A DNA stretch of 64,000 nucleotides from Desulfomonilia bacterium (GCA_050014195.1 JBEKDT010000005.1:96001-160000); one strand, 5' to 3'; positions 38,616 through 49,069 are shown, counted from the stretch's first letter. Notes: generated by a model not told the origin, from the letters alone. Numbers and translations: made by a program.

Positions 38616-39632
38616 ATGGCCGTTATCAACTATTCAAAAAAGGAAATCTCCGCGAAGATCGTCTATTATGGCCCTTCCCTCTGTGGAAAGACCACAAACA
38701 TCCAGTCTATTTATGCCAGTATCAAGCCTGATCAAAAAGGTAAGCTTGTGTCACTGGCAACAGAGGCCGACCGTACTCTGTTCTTCGACTTCCTACCCAT
38801 AGAGATTGCAAACATCCGTGGTTTCAAAACCAGACTCCACTTCTATACCGTCCCCGGCCAGGTATATTACAATTCCACACGAAGGGCCGTGCTCACCGGT
38901 GTCGACGGCCTTGTATTCGTCGCCGACTCTCAGCGGGACAAGATGGAAGAAAACATCGAAAGCCTGAACAACTTGGAAGAGAACCTCAATTACTACGGGA
39001 AGAGTATCAAGACGATACCGATTGTGATCCAGTATAACAAAAGGGATCTTGCGGATGTACATCCGATTGCCGAAATGGAGCAGATCATCAATCCCTATGG
39101 ATACCCATCGTTCGAGTCGGTGGCCACCACCGGAGAAGGTGTTCTGGATACGCTCACCAAGATCACGAAAATGGTTCTCCAGCACATCGAGATGGGAACG
39201 AGCGGCAAGCAGCAGCGAACTGCACCAACGCCTCCGGAAAGACCTTCCCTTTCTCCGGGGCTGTCCCAACCAGGCCGGACCCAGCCAGGCATGCCTCAGA
39301 CCGGAATATCGCAACCGGGCTTATCCCCTCATGGCGCAACACAACCCGGTCCGTCCCAGCCTCCTGCTTCACCAAAGGCGCCGGAACCCTCTCCTGTGAG
39401 GCAACTGGAGCCGACCTTAGATCTGTCCAGGTTTAATGAACCAGAGCCTCTTTCCGGTGAACCCGTAACCAAGTCCGTTATAGGTAGGATTCAGATTGTG
39501 GGCACAGATAATGCAGAAATTATCTCGGCAAACGCTATCAGCATTCCAATACGGATAAAAATTGAGGGTGACATGAAGGTGTACAAGATGGACCTAGCCA
39601 TCAAGCTTGATGGCTTCAAACCCGAGGATTAA
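38616..39632 (+). CDS. MglA-family small GTPase with a Pro/Gln/Gly-rich C-terminal extension
   Basis: KIVYYGPSLCGKTTN, DRTLFFDFLP, TVPGQVYY, VFVADSQ, QYNKRDL. Confidence 0.9.
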   Translation: MAVINYSKKEISAKIVYYGPSLCGKTTNIQSIYASIKPDQKGKLVSLATEADRTLFFDFLPIEIANIRGFKTRLHFYTVPGQVYYNSTRRAVLTGVDGLVFVADSQRDKMEENIESLNNLEENLNYYGKSIKTIPIVIQYNKRDLADVHPIAEMEQIINPYGYPSFESVATTGEGVLDTLTKITKMVLQHIEMGTSGKQQRTAPTPPERPSLSPGLSQPGRTQPGMPQTGISQPGLSPHGATQPGPSQPPASPKAPEPSPVRQLEPTLDLSRFNEPEPLSGEPVTKSVIGRIQIVGTDNAEIISANAISIPIRIKIEGDMKVYKMDLAIKLDGFKPED

Positions 39633-41133
39633 GGGTGTTCGAGCAGTGTCTATGCTCACGGGGATACTGCCGATAACCTTTCTCGAAGGGGTTCCCTTAT
39701 CTTGGCCCGTCATCAGTACAATCCTTGGGGATAGTTACTTTTTTGTCATTGCAACAACACTTTTGTCCATCTTCCTTATTGGTGTGTGCATGCTCATCAA
39801 GTACTCACCCCTTATGTTCAATGACCTTAAGAACTTTACCAACAATGAGATGCCGGACAAAGGCATCATCTTGTGGATAGTCTTTATCCTGCTCATACCT
39901 CTGTTCTTCAATGTCGGCCCCATGGTGCCCCTTCTCTGGTGGCTCTTCCTGCTGTGGGGGTACATGATCCCTGCTGAAAAGCGGATCACCTTCTTCTTCG
40001 TGTTCCTGACACTCATGTCCAGCTGGATTGCACATGTAGGGGCGGGTTTCATCACCTACACTGAGAACCAGCTTAACCTGCAGATCTATACTATCGAACA
40101 CAAGATTGCCAATGAAGCGGATACCGCTCAAATATCTTCATGGATCAAGACTCATCCTGCTGATGCAGAACCCATGAACGCCATGGCACTTATTGAGATT
40201 AATAGATCGAATTATAGTGATGCCATCAAGCTCCTCAACCAGGGAATCGATCTGGAACCCAACAATCCAAGATTCTACAATCACTTGGGCATCTCGTATC
40301 TCGGCTTGGGGAAAAGCAAAGAAGCATTGAAGTCATTCCAAAACGCCATCTCGCTCATGCCTGATAACATGATCTACCATTACAACGTAAGCAGGCTCTA
40401 CCAATCGACCTATAACTTCTATGAAGGGGAAAAGGCCATTGCCACTGCAAGCGGTCTTGATGCAGATGGGGTAAGGCGTCTTCTGGACGTAGAAAACGCT
40501 GCAGGGAGGACTCTGTATATCCAGGAATACACTCCGCTGTTGCTTCAACTCGCACGGCAGATGAGACCTTCGCAGGACCTAAAGGCCGCTGCCGACGCCC
40601 TGTGGACTTTTGCCTACGGCCTGTTTCCGAGAAAGGCGTCCGTTTTTCTGGCAATAGGAAGTTTTCTCATCTTCGTTATGTTAAGCTACATCCCCGATGA
40701 CAAATTCACCAAGCAGTGCAGCCGATGTGGAAAGCTGTATTATTCCGGCACCAAAACAAAAACCGGCAGCCCCATATGCCTCCAGTGCCATTGGATTGAT
40801 GTGAAAACAAAGAAACAGCAAGGGAGCATACTGCACCATAAGACCGAAGAGATCAGAAAATATAAGACACACAGTTATCAGAAACTGCTCCGGCTTGAGC
40901 TTATGCTGCCCGGTCTAGGCTCATTCCTGACCAACAAGACGGGTATCGGCCTGATCCGCATCGTCGTTTTAAGCGCTTCTCTCATGGCTATCCTAACCGG
41001 TGGACAGTTCATCATCTCTTTCATTCAGGTTCAAGTTGAGTTTACCACGATCGTCAGGATCACCGGTGTTATCTCCTTAGTGTTACTCTTGATAAGGGCT
41101 TACAAAGCCCCTCCGATCAGGTACGGGGTGTAA
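39607..41133 (+). CDS. Polytopic membrane protein with TPRs and a CxxC...CxxC ribbon (start uncertain)
   Basis: Several TM helices, TPR block, CSRCG...CLQC. Confidence 0.75.
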   Translation: MMASNPRIKGVRAVSMLTGILPITFLEGVPLSWPVISTILGDSYFFVIATTLLSIFLIGVCMLIKYSPLMFNDLKNFTNNEMPDKGIILWIVFILLIPLFFNVGPMVPLLWWLFLLWGYMIPAEKRITFFFVFLTLMSSWIAHVGAGFITYTENQLNLQIYTIEHKIANEADTAQISSWIKTHPADAEPMNAMALIEINRSNYSDAIKLLNQGIDLEPNNPRFYNHLGISYLGLGKSKEALKSFQNAISLMPDNMIYHYNVSRLYQSTYNFYEGEKAIATASGLDADGVRRLLDVENAAGRTLYIQEYTPLLLQLARQMRPSQDLKAAADALWTFAYGLFPRKASVFLAIGSFLIFVMLSYIPDDKFTKQCSRCGKLYYSGTKTKTGSPICLQCHWIDVKTKKQQGSILHHKTEEIRKYKTHSYQKLLRLELMLPGLGSFLTNKTGIGLIRIVVLSASLMAILTGGQFIISFIQVQVEFTTIVRITGVISLVLLLIRAYKAPPIRYGV

Positions 41134-41134
41134 C

Positions 41135-42103
41135 ATGGCATTGCTCGGGACGCTCAAAGGATTCGGGGTTACTGAGATCTTCCAGCTTATCTCCCAGCAG
41201 ATGAAGACAGGGGCACTGATCCTATCCTCACCTAAGGCTAATGTCACCATCACTTTTGAAAACGGGATCATCGTGGGCATAACCTCCGACCAGTGGGAAA
41301 GGGATCCTAGGGCCGATGTGCTGCTGAAAGCGGATTATGTCAACGATAAAGAGCTCAAGGCGGCATTCGAGAGCGAGAAGAAGAATTCTGAACGCTGGCA
41401 TGAGATATTGATCTCAAAAGGTCAGCTGAAAAAGATCTTCCTGGACCGGGCTACCACCGTCGTGATTAAGCAAATACTGCTTGAAGTGTTCCAGTGGAGA
41501 GAAGGAGGGTATAAGTTCGATGACTGGAACACCGAGTCAGAAAGTATGCTCTCCTGCCATATTCCCACTGAGGGAGCCATCCTTGACACATTACGCATCA
41601 TTGATGAATGGCCTACAATCAAGCAGAAGATACCTCCGGTGGATTATTGTCCTGTGACTATCATCCCCATCACCGAAGAGATCGTCCGCCATCACGATCT
41701 ATCGGACGTGGATATGCACATCTACGACTTGATTGATGAGAAACGGACCGTCGAGCGGATAGTAAAAGAATCGCTGGAGCCCCCCTTCGAGGCACTAAGC
41801 TCAATTGTCAGGCTCCTGGACATCGGGCTCGTGGAGGTCTTCCCAGAGGGCGCCAGGGACATACGTGATGTCGCAATCGCCCGGAACCTTTTTTTGAGCA
41901 AGATCAAACAGGTGGCTCTCTATGTCGTGCTCGTTCTCAGCATCTTCACACTCGTCATCATAGGCCAGCCCCGGATTACCAAAGGGGGGTTCATACCCAA
42001 GGAGATCAAGACATACCTTAACGACCAGAAGACGGTCCTGCAACGTTTCAGCGGGAAGCAGACAGCGCTTTCAATGACAGATACAAATAACTATGGCCAT
42101 TGA
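41135..42103 (+). CDS. DUF4388 domain protein with a C-terminal TM helix
   Basis: MALLGTL..F...EIFQLI...KTG.L, FENG.I, FQWREGGYKF, R.IDEW. Confidence 0.85.
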   Translation: MALLGTLKGFGVTEIFQLISQQMKTGALILSSPKANVTITFENGIIVGITSDQWERDPRADVLLKADYVNDKELKAAFESEKKNSERWHEILISKGQLKKIFLDRATTVVIKQILLEVFQWREGGYKFDDWNTESESMLSCHIPTEGAILDTLRIIDEWPTIKQKIPPVDYCPVTIIPITEEIVRHHDLSDVDMHIYDLIDEKRTVERIVKESLEPPFEALSSIVRLLDIGLVEVFPEGARDIRDVAIARNLFLSKIKQVALYVVLVLSIFTLVIIGQPRITKGGFIPKEIKTYLNDQKTVLQRFSGKQTALSMTDTNNYGH

Positions 42104-43739
42104 GGCGCATCTTCACGGGAGTAAAGGCTACATCGAGGTATCTTCCCCTTTCACAGATATCCGAGTCCACCGTACACCGTAGCGTGTGAAAGACCCGATT
42201 GGAATGTCTCAACACGAGTTTGGTCTGCCCGCCTTCAAAGACCCTCCGCCCAACGATCTCCATGGAGGGGATCAAGAACACCGGTTCCGGGTTACCCTCA
42301 CCGAATGGGGCAAGCAGTTCCAGTTCATCTAAAAAAGCCGGTGTGAGATCAAGGGGGGATATCTTGAGATCTACCTCGAATGTGGTTAGTTTCCGGTGCA
42401 TCTGAGAGCCGACGGCCTCATTAAGGGCCGGGGCTAACAACTCAATCTGTTCTTCAGAGATGCTCAAGCCCACGGCCATCTTGTGCCCTCCAAAACTGTT
42501 GAGAAGCCCTGTGGAATTGTTAAGGGCCCGGTGCAGGTCAATACCCACCAGCGACCTGCCTGAACCGATACCGATACCATCCATAAACGATATGACTATG
42601 GCGGGCCTGGAGAAAATGCTCACCAGCCGCGATGCCACGATTCCCAGGACACCGATGTGCCAGTTATTTCCCCAGACTACGGTCACGTTTTGCTCGGAGG
42701 GACGATCCCTCAATTGATCAAGCGCCATCACCAGGACTTTCTGCTCATGGATCTGTCTTTTCCTGTTCAAGCCGTCGAGTTCCTGAGCCAAGGCATGTGC
42801 CTTCTTCTCATCGTCTGTGGTGAGCAGGTCAAAGGCCTTTCTGGCATCCGATATCCTACCCGCCGCATTGATCCTTGGACCTAATATGAACCCCAGGTCG
42901 CGCGAGATGACCTCTTTCTTGATGCCGGCAACCTTCACCAGCGCTGAGATACCCACCCTCAACGATGAATTCATGACATTTAATCCCTCTTTAACGAGAA
43001 TGCGGTTCACCCCGGAAAGACTTACTGCATCGGCAACGGTGGCCATAGCAACAATATCGAGTTCATCCTTGAGGTTAGGCAGATCCTGCATGCCGCGCTC
43101 TCTGAGCAAGGAGCGCAATACTACGATAAGGTGGAATACGACCCCTGCACCGCAGAGATCTTCCCCGAAGAACAGACAATCACTCTGTTTGGGATTGATG
43201 AGAGAGTATGCATCAGGAACAAGCTCATCCACCTCGTGGTGGTCAGTGACGATCACATCCATTCCCAGCGAGTTTGCGTAGCTCACCTCATCAGTGGCCG
43301 TAATCCCGCAGTCGGCGGTGATGAGCAGGCTCACACCCCTGGCATGCAGTTCGTCGATCCCACGCATGTTAAGGCCATATCCGTCGGTGACACGGTCGGG
43401 TATGAAGATTATCGGCGGCTCACAGCCTATACCCACGAGGAAGCGGTGTATGAGCGCTGCGCTGCATACACCGTCCACATCGTAATCCGTAAAGACACCG
43501 ATGGTTTCTTTCTGATCAATAGCCCCTATGATTCGCTCGCATGCCTTCACTATCCCTTTCATGGACCGAGGGTCTTTGAGCTGACCGAGATTCGGCGCAA
43601 GAAAGTTCAGCACCTCTTTAGTATCCATCATCCCCCGGCCGCGCACGAGGGACCGAAAGGCCGGAGTGAACCTCAGGGACGGCAACGCAGTCTCATCGAC
43701 CTGCCCTCGGATCACCCATTCGGGAGATATACATATCAT
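42048..43739 (-). CDS. recJ: ssDNA-specific exonuclease RecJ
   Basis: DYDVDG, DGYG, DCG, TDHH, PRINAAGR, GSGRS, GGHKMA, PFGEGNPEP. Confidence 0.96.
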   Translation of the reverse strand: MICISPEWVIRGQVDETALPSLRFTPAFRSLVRGRGMMDTKEVLNFLAPNLGQLKDPRSMKGIVKACERIIGAIDQKETIGVFTDYDVDGVCSAALIHRFLVGIGCEPPIIFIPDRVTDGYGLNMRGIDELHARGVSLLITADCGITATDEVSYANSLGMDVIVTDHHEVDELVPDAYSLINPKQSDCLFFGEDLCGAGVVFHLIVVLRSLLRERGMQDLPNLKDELDIVAMATVADAVSLSGVNRILVKEGLNVMNSSLRVGISALVKVAGIKKEVISRDLGFILGPRINAAGRISDARKAFDLLTTDDEKKAHALAQELDGLNRKRQIHEQKVLVMALDQLRDRPSEQNVTVVWGNNWHIGVLGIVASRLVSIFSRPAIVISFMDGIGIGSGRSLVGIDLHRALNNSTGLLNSFGGHKMAVGLSISEEQIELLAPALNEAVGSQMHRKLTTFEVDLKISPLDLTPAFLDELELLAPFGEGNPEPVFLIPSMEIVGRRVFEGGQTKLVLRHSNRVFHTLRCTVDSDICERGRYLDVAFTPVKMRLNGHSYLYLSLKALSASR

Positions 43740-43771
43740 GCCTCTTTCCTTAACCCTGCTGCGGGAGTAAG

Positions 43772-44539
43772 TCAAGGAGGGCCGGCGAAGCTTATACAGC
43801 CTTCCAGCGCCTTTCTCGTGCGAGGCATGTCGACAGGCTTCACCTCCATGGTGATGGTTGAACCGTATCCCGTACCTAAGAGAGACGATACGATAGCCTG
43901 AAAATCAACACTCCCCTCTCCCAGGGCCAGATGCAGATCGTCCTTCACGCTTGTCCCCCCGTGGTTGTCATGAACGTGCACATGTGCAATCTTCTCGGGG
44001 CAGTTATCTATGAAGCGGTAAGACGTGTTCACCTTGGCCAGAAGCTGAGCATGGCCGATGTCCAAGGTCATCCTAAGATCGCCGATGGCCTCGAATGCGG
44101 CTTGGAAACTATCATAGCGTTCACTTAAATTTTCTATACAGATCACCATGCCCGCCTTTGATGCATAGCCTACCATCTCTTTAAGGAGTTCGAGCTTTTG
44201 AGGGATAAGTCCTTCCGGGGCCCATCTCTTATCGATCCAGAAATGCATGGTCGCCTTATCGATCCCCAGTTGCCTAGAGAGGTCTGTGAGAGCCTTAATC
44301 CTTGGTACGAAACGTTCTTTGAGGATGCCGATATCGAATGGGTTGTCTTCGTTGGGGAAATGGGCAAGATATGAAATGCCGTAGATTTCCTTCATTTCGA
44401 GAAGCGTAGGAATCCAGCGAAGAACCGTTTCCGGTTCATCCAGAGACATCTCAACAAAAGGCAGGCCGAGTCGCCCAACCTCATGAACCTCTGCTACGGT
44501 ATGTGCCCTTCCCCCGATGGTGACTACGCTTCTCTTCAT
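43772..44539 (-). CDS. Xylose-isomerase-like TIM barrel (sugar phosphate isomerase/epimerase family)
   Basis: IEN, LDIGHA, HVHVHDN, DLHL..GEG, E near the C-terminus. Confidence 0.85.
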   Translation of the reverse strand: MKRSVVTIGGRAHTVAEVHEVGRLGLPFVEMSLDEPETVLRWIPTLLEMKEIYGISYLAHFPNEDNPFDIGILKERFVPRIKALTDLSRQLGIDKATMHFWIDKRWAPEGLIPQKLELLKEMVGYASKAGMVICIENLSERYDSFQAAFEAIGDLRMTLDIGHAQLLAKVNTSYRFIDNCPEKIAHVHVHDNHGGTSVKDDLHLALGEGSVDFQAIVSSLLGTGYGSTITMEVKPVDMPRTRKALEGCISFAGPP

Positions 44540-44692
44540 GTTTTCGCCGATTCATCCCTTGGAGGTCATCTGTGGCTCTGTTCATGAAGCCTACTCATCT
44601 GAAAGACTATTTCGAGATACATAAATCTTTTGAAATCCGCCGACATGAAAGAGATCTCAATGCGCCGCTCATCCTAAAAAAGGCAATTTGAA

Positions 44693-46051
44693 TTATGTGC
44701 TTGTTTCGTCCGTACCGGTAAGCGGTCTGACCATAAGATCCATGCCGAAAAGGTCCACCACCTTCACCTTCTCACCCGCCTTCAATGTGGTAGGGCCTTT
44801 GGCATTCCAGTACTCACCGTGACAGAAGACTTTTCCTGTACCGTCCTCGGTCCAGACAAATACCGTAGCAATCTCATCCTTCAACCCTTCTGCGCCGACC
44901 CTGGAGGTCCTCCGCTGGGCCTTGACCACAAGGTAGATGGTAGCGGCAAAGAACGCGGCAAAAAAGAATGTGACCGGCAGAATAAGCCCATAGGAAACCT
45001 GGGCATAGAGCTCAGGCGTCCTGAAGAGCAAGAGCGAGCCCAACACCATGGATACGATGCCGCCCACAGTGAGCAAGCCGTAACTGGGCACCTTGATCTC
45101 GGCAATGAACATGAGTACGGCAAGCAGGATGAGCGCGACCCCGGCATAATTCACCGGCAAGGTCTGGAATGCGAAAAAGGCAAGAATAAGAGAGATACCG
45201 CCGATGACGCCGGGCAGAACAGCCCCTGGGCTTGAGAGCTCGAAGTAGATACCGGCAAGCCCTATAAGCATAAGGATGTAGGCAATGTTTGGATTCGATA
45301 TTGTGGCAAGCAGGTGATACCTGAATCCCATGGGCTTAAACACCAGGTTGGCCTGCCTGGTATGGAGCACAAAGGTGTTTATATTTTTCTTGATCTTCCT
45401 GCCATCAAGCTTGGTCAAAAGATCGTCCATGTCCTGGGCCACGATGTCGATGACACCTTTGGCGAGTGCATCCTGGGATGGTGTGGATATACTCTTTCGC
45501 ACGATATCCTCGGCCCACTGCTCACTCCTGCCACGTTCCCGGGCAATGCTTTTGGCATAGGCAACGGCATCATTGGTCACCTTGTTCACCATGGTGCTGT
45601 TTTTATCCTCTTTATCATCACCGCCGCCGATATCCACGGGGTGTGCGGCACCGATATTCGTCCCGGGCGCCATGGCCGCCACATCCGAAGCCAGCGTAAT
45701 AAGGGCACCTGCAGAGGCTGCCCGTGCACCCTTGGGAGAGACATAGACGATCACCGGGACGTTTGCATTCATCTCCTTCTGGATAATATCACGCATGGCG
45801 GTATCCAGCCCCCCAGGCGTGTCAAGGCGTATGATAATTGCGGCCTTGTTGGTCTGGACTGCATCATCGATGTTCTCCATGACGAAAGAAGCGATAGGAG
45901 GGCTGATGGCATCTCTGACATCAATGACGAGGATATCGGCTGCGCGGAGACTTAAAGGCCCTGAAAACAGCAAAACGATCAGGGCGGCACAATTGATCAG
46001 CGCGGTAGAGCTAACCCAAGTACTTCCATTACCTTCTTGATATCTTCCCAT
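44693..46051 (-). CDS. NfeD-family membrane-bound serine protease
   Basis: LDTPGGL, AASAGA, IGAAHPV, TM block, C-terminal OB fold GEYWNA. Confidence 0.92.
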   Translation of the reverse strand: MGRYQEGNGSTWVSSTALINCAALIVLLFSGPLSLRAADILVIDVRDAISPPIASFVMENIDDAVQTNKAAIIIRLDTPGGLDTAMRDIIQKEMNANVPVIVYVSPKGARAASAGALITLASDVAAMAPGTNIGAAHPVDIGGGDDKEDKNSTMVNKVTNDAVAYAKSIARERGRSEQWAEDIVRKSISTPSQDALAKGVIDIVAQDMDDLLTKLDGRKIKKNINTFVLHTRQANLVFKPMGFRYHLLATISNPNIAYILMLIGLAGIYFELSSPGAVLPGVIGGISLILAFFAFQTLPVNYAGVALILLAVLMFIAEIKVPSYGLLTVGGIVSMVLGSLLLFRTPELYAQVSYGLILPVTFFFAAFFAATIYLVVKAQRRTSRVGAEGLKDEIATVFVWTEDGTGKVFCHGEYWNAKGPTTLKAGEKVKVVDLFGMDLMVRPLTGTDETST

Positions 46052-46677
46052 ACATCCCTCTTTTTTGATGGGTTCTGCAACAGATAACTCGGGTGATAGG
46101 TCGGCATGATAGGGATCCCCCGATACTCCTTGAATATACCCCTGAGCCTGCCGATCGGTGTATTCTCATCCAGGAGGCTATGGGCTGCTATCCTGCCCAA
46201 GGCCACAATGACCTTAGGGTTAATGGCCTGGATCTGTGCATGAAGAAATCCAATACACCTGCCCACCTCATCCGGCAACGGGTCCCGGTTGTCAGGAGGC
46301 CTGCACTTGAGGATATTGGCAATGTAGACATCCTGTCTCTTGAGGCCCATACCCTTTTCTATGATATCCGTCAGAAGGTTGCCTGCAGGGCCCACAAAGG
46401 GCCTGCCTGTCTTATCCTCCACTGCCCCCGGTGCCTCTCCTATAAACATGACCAATGCATTCGGATTACCCTCACCGAATACAACATTTTTCCTGGTACG
46501 GCTTAATCCACACGAGGTACATTCACCGATCACCTTTACGATACGCTCCAGCTCATGCTCAGTACCAAGATGTGCTTGCTTCTCCGAAGGCCTCGAAACC
46601 TCAATCTCCGGCAGTATGAGAAAAGGACCTGCCCACTGGGCCTCAACACGCAGGAGTTCTATGATCTGTTCCCTCAC
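45997..46677 (-). CDS. Uracil-DNA glycosylase, family 4
   Basis: CTSC, GEAPG, PFVG, KCRPP.NR, YHPSY. Confidence 0.94.
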   Translation of the reverse strand: MREQIIELLRVEAQWAGPFLILPEIEVSRPSEKQAHLGTEHELERIVKVIGECTSCGLSRTRKNVVFGEGNPNALVMFIGEAPGAVEDKTGRPFVGPAGNLLTDIIEKGMGLKRQDVYIANILKCRPPDNRDPLPDEVGRCIGFLHAQIQAINPKVIVALGRIAAHSLLDENTPIGRLRGIFKEYRGIPIMPTYHPSYLLQNPSKKRDVWEDIKKVMEVLGLALPR

Positions 46678-47888
46678 AGCCTTTCTTTCACGAGGTCAAG
46701 GATCTTGTGGGCGAGCACCTCTTTTGCCATGTGCTCAAAATCGTAGATCACGCCTTCCGGGGAGAGTATTACCCCGCTGTTTGTGTCGGAAGCAAAACCG
46801 GTGTTCGACTCACCGACCCGGTTTGCCACGATCATGTCGAGCCCTTTCCTGACCATCTTGTCTTGGGCATAGCTCTTGAGATTTTCCGTCTCAGCGGCGA
46901 AGCCGACAAATATTTTTGACTCCTTCATCGTGCGAATCGTTGCAAGGATGTCTGGTGTTGATGCAAGCTCTATATGGGCCGTCTTCTCGCCCTTCTTGAT
47001 TTTGCTTTTTGAGTAGGTGTGGGGGGTGTAGTCCGCCACTGCGGCAGCCATGATGAGAATGTCAGTATCCGAGAGGTTCTCCTTGACGGATGCGAGCATC
47101 TGCTGGGCGGAGCGGACATCTATCACGGTGGCCCATGGCGCATACTCAACGGGGACAGGTCCGCTGATCACCTTCACCCTGGCCCCCCTGATGCAGCATG
47201 CCTCAACAATGGCGGCCCCCATTTTGCCCGTGGACCTATTGGTGATAAACCGTACAGGGTCGATATCCTCGCATGTAGGTCCCGAGGTAATGAGGATGTT
47301 GATGCCTGCAAGGTCGCGCTGGGCAAGTAACATCTTCACCTCTGCGATGATACGCTCTGGCTCCGGCAACCTTCCCGCCCCTTCCCATCCACATGCAAGC
47401 TCGCCTGTCACCGGCTCAAGCACATGGATGCCCCTGGCCTTAATGGCTTCCAGGTTGTCCTGGGTTGCCCTGTTGGCAAGCATATTCACGTTCATGGACG
47501 GACAGACAAGGACAGGGGCCCTGGTGGCAAGCACCGTACAGGTCAATAGGTCATCCGCAATGCCATGGGCCAACTTTGCAATGAAGTTCGCCGTGGCCGG
47601 GGCGATGAGGAAGAGATCCGCCTTGTCTGCAAGCGCAATGTGGTCGATTTCATAAGCCCCTGATTGTGTTGCGGGAAACATCTCGGTATGCACGGGTCTG
47701 TTGGTCAGTGTCTGGAGGACAAGGGGCGTCACAAAATGCTGCGCAGCCTGGCTCATCACCGCATGTACGTCAAGGCCGAACTGCTTGAGGCCGCGTACAA
47801 TAAGCGGTGCCTTATAGGCCGCTATCCCGCCGGTTATGCCGAATACAACCGTCTTGCCCTCTAGATCTTCTCCTGGGGAACCATCCAT
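46674..47888 (-). CDS. coaBC: Phosphopantothenoylcysteine decarboxylase/ligase
   Basis: GITGGIAAYK, PATAN, PSMN, LACG, DPVRFITNRSTGKMG, GFAAET. Confidence 0.97.
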   Translation of the reverse strand: MDGSPGEDLEGKTVVFGITGGIAAYKAPLIVRGLKQFGLDVHAVMSQAAQHFVTPLVLQTLTNRPVHTEMFPATQSGAYEIDHIALADKADLFLIAPATANFIAKLAHGIADDLLTCTVLATRAPVLVCPSMNVNMLANRATQDNLEAIKARGIHVLEPVTGELACGWEGAGRLPEPERIIAEVKMLLAQRDLAGINILITSGPTCEDIDPVRFITNRSTGKMGAAIVEACCIRGARVKVISGPVPVEYAPWATVIDVRSAQQMLASVKENLSDTDILIMAAAVADYTPHTYSKSKIKKGEKTAHIELASTPDILATIRTMKESKIFVGFAAETENLKSYAQDKMVRKGLDMIVANRVGESNTGFASDTNSGVILSPEGVIYDFEHMAKEVLAHKILDLVKERL

Positions 47889-48280
47889 ATCTCCACCCTT
47901 GTCGAAAGGGGATTCTCTGTAATCAGGATCTCAGCGAACTTGTCCTGTTTCTTAAAGAATAGCTTAATGTTGCCAAGAAACTTATACTGGCTCAGGGAAA
48001 CCCAGCCTTCAGAGTTCATGGAGGTGATGAAAAACTGCGAAAGAGACTCGGGCTCTATCCGGCCCGAGACAACCAGCCTTCCGAACCCGTTGGTGATACT
48101 ACACTCCTTGGGCACCCTTTCGAGCTCGCCGGGGATGAGTATGTCGGCAAAATCAAGATACCTCGGCGACGGCCGTGTCTCTTGACTTGAAGACTCATTC
48201 GAAGTGACACTCTTTAACTGGGCGCAACCGGCCAGCATAAGCACCAAAACAAGACTCATCAATACAGCTCTTCTCATCAT
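47861..48280 (-). CDS. Hypothetical lipoprotein
   Basis: Lipobox LAGC; in the operon. Confidence 0.75.
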   Translation of the reverse strand: MMRRAVLMSLVLVLMLAGCAQLKSVTSNESSSQETRPSPRYLDFADILIPGELERVPKECSITNGFGRLVVSGRIEPESLSQFFITSMNSEGWVSLSQYKFLGNIKLFFKKQDKFAEILITENPLSTRVEIWMVPQEKI

Positions 48281-48288
48281 TATCCTCC

Positions 48289-48915
48289 CTAAAGGAATGG
48301 ATTATACCTGCGCTCGGCCCCGAGGGTAGTTGCAGGTCCATGTCCGGGCAGCACCTTCATATCGTCCCCTAAGGGCAACAGCTTGGTCTTGATGGATGTG
48401 ATCAATGTATGATAGTCCCCGCCGGGAAGGTCCGTTCTCCCGATAGAACCCGCAAAAAGGGTATCTCCCGCAAAACAGAGTTTCTTATCGGAAGTGACGA
48501 GCGAAATGCCGCCCGGAGAATGTCCGGGTGTATCCAGGACAGACAGGGAAATACCGTCGCCCAGAGAGATTACCTCACCTTCGCTCAAGAATCGGTCCGG
48601 GTCCGGAGGCTGCTCAATACGGATCCCAAAGAGCCTGCCCATACGCGATGCAGCCTGCAGCAAGGGCAATTCCGCCTCATGCATCATGATCTGTGCACCC
48701 GTTACATCCTTGATCTGCCTGATAGCCCCGATGTGGTCCACATGTGCATGGGTATTCACAATAGCCATGACCGTCAGGCCCATGGAGTCTATCTGACGCA
48801 GGATCTTGTCCGCCTCTCCCCCCGGGTCTATCACAATGGCCTGATGCGTCTGTTCATCCCCGAGGATGAAGCAGTTCGTCATGAACTCCGTAACCACAAT
48901 CGTATTCAAAAGCAT
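48289..48915 (-). CDS. MBL-fold metallo-hydrolase (glyoxalase II-like)
   Basis: THAHVDH, PGHS, GDTLF..SIGRTD, PGHG. Confidence 0.93.
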   Translation of the reverse strand: MLLNTIVVTEFMTNCFILGDEQTHQAIVIDPGGEADKILRQIDSMGLTVMAIVNTHAHVDHIGAIRQIKDVTGAQIMMHEAELPLLQAASRMGRLFGIRIEQPPDPDRFLSEGEVISLGDGISLSVLDTPGHSPGGISLVTSDKKLCFAGDTLFAGSIGRTDLPGGDYHTLITSIKTKLLPLGDDMKVLPGHGPATTLGAERRYNPFL

Positions 48916-49069
48916 CGATCTCTCCCATCGCTACGGGACCTTAATTTATCTCGATAATAGCATGTTAAAGTCCGAACACACATACTAAATAGTATACCAG
49001 CCAGATTAGGTCAACTGCCATCACCCCTTTCTTCATGAAACCTAAATCCCAATAATTCTTTCCCGGAGA

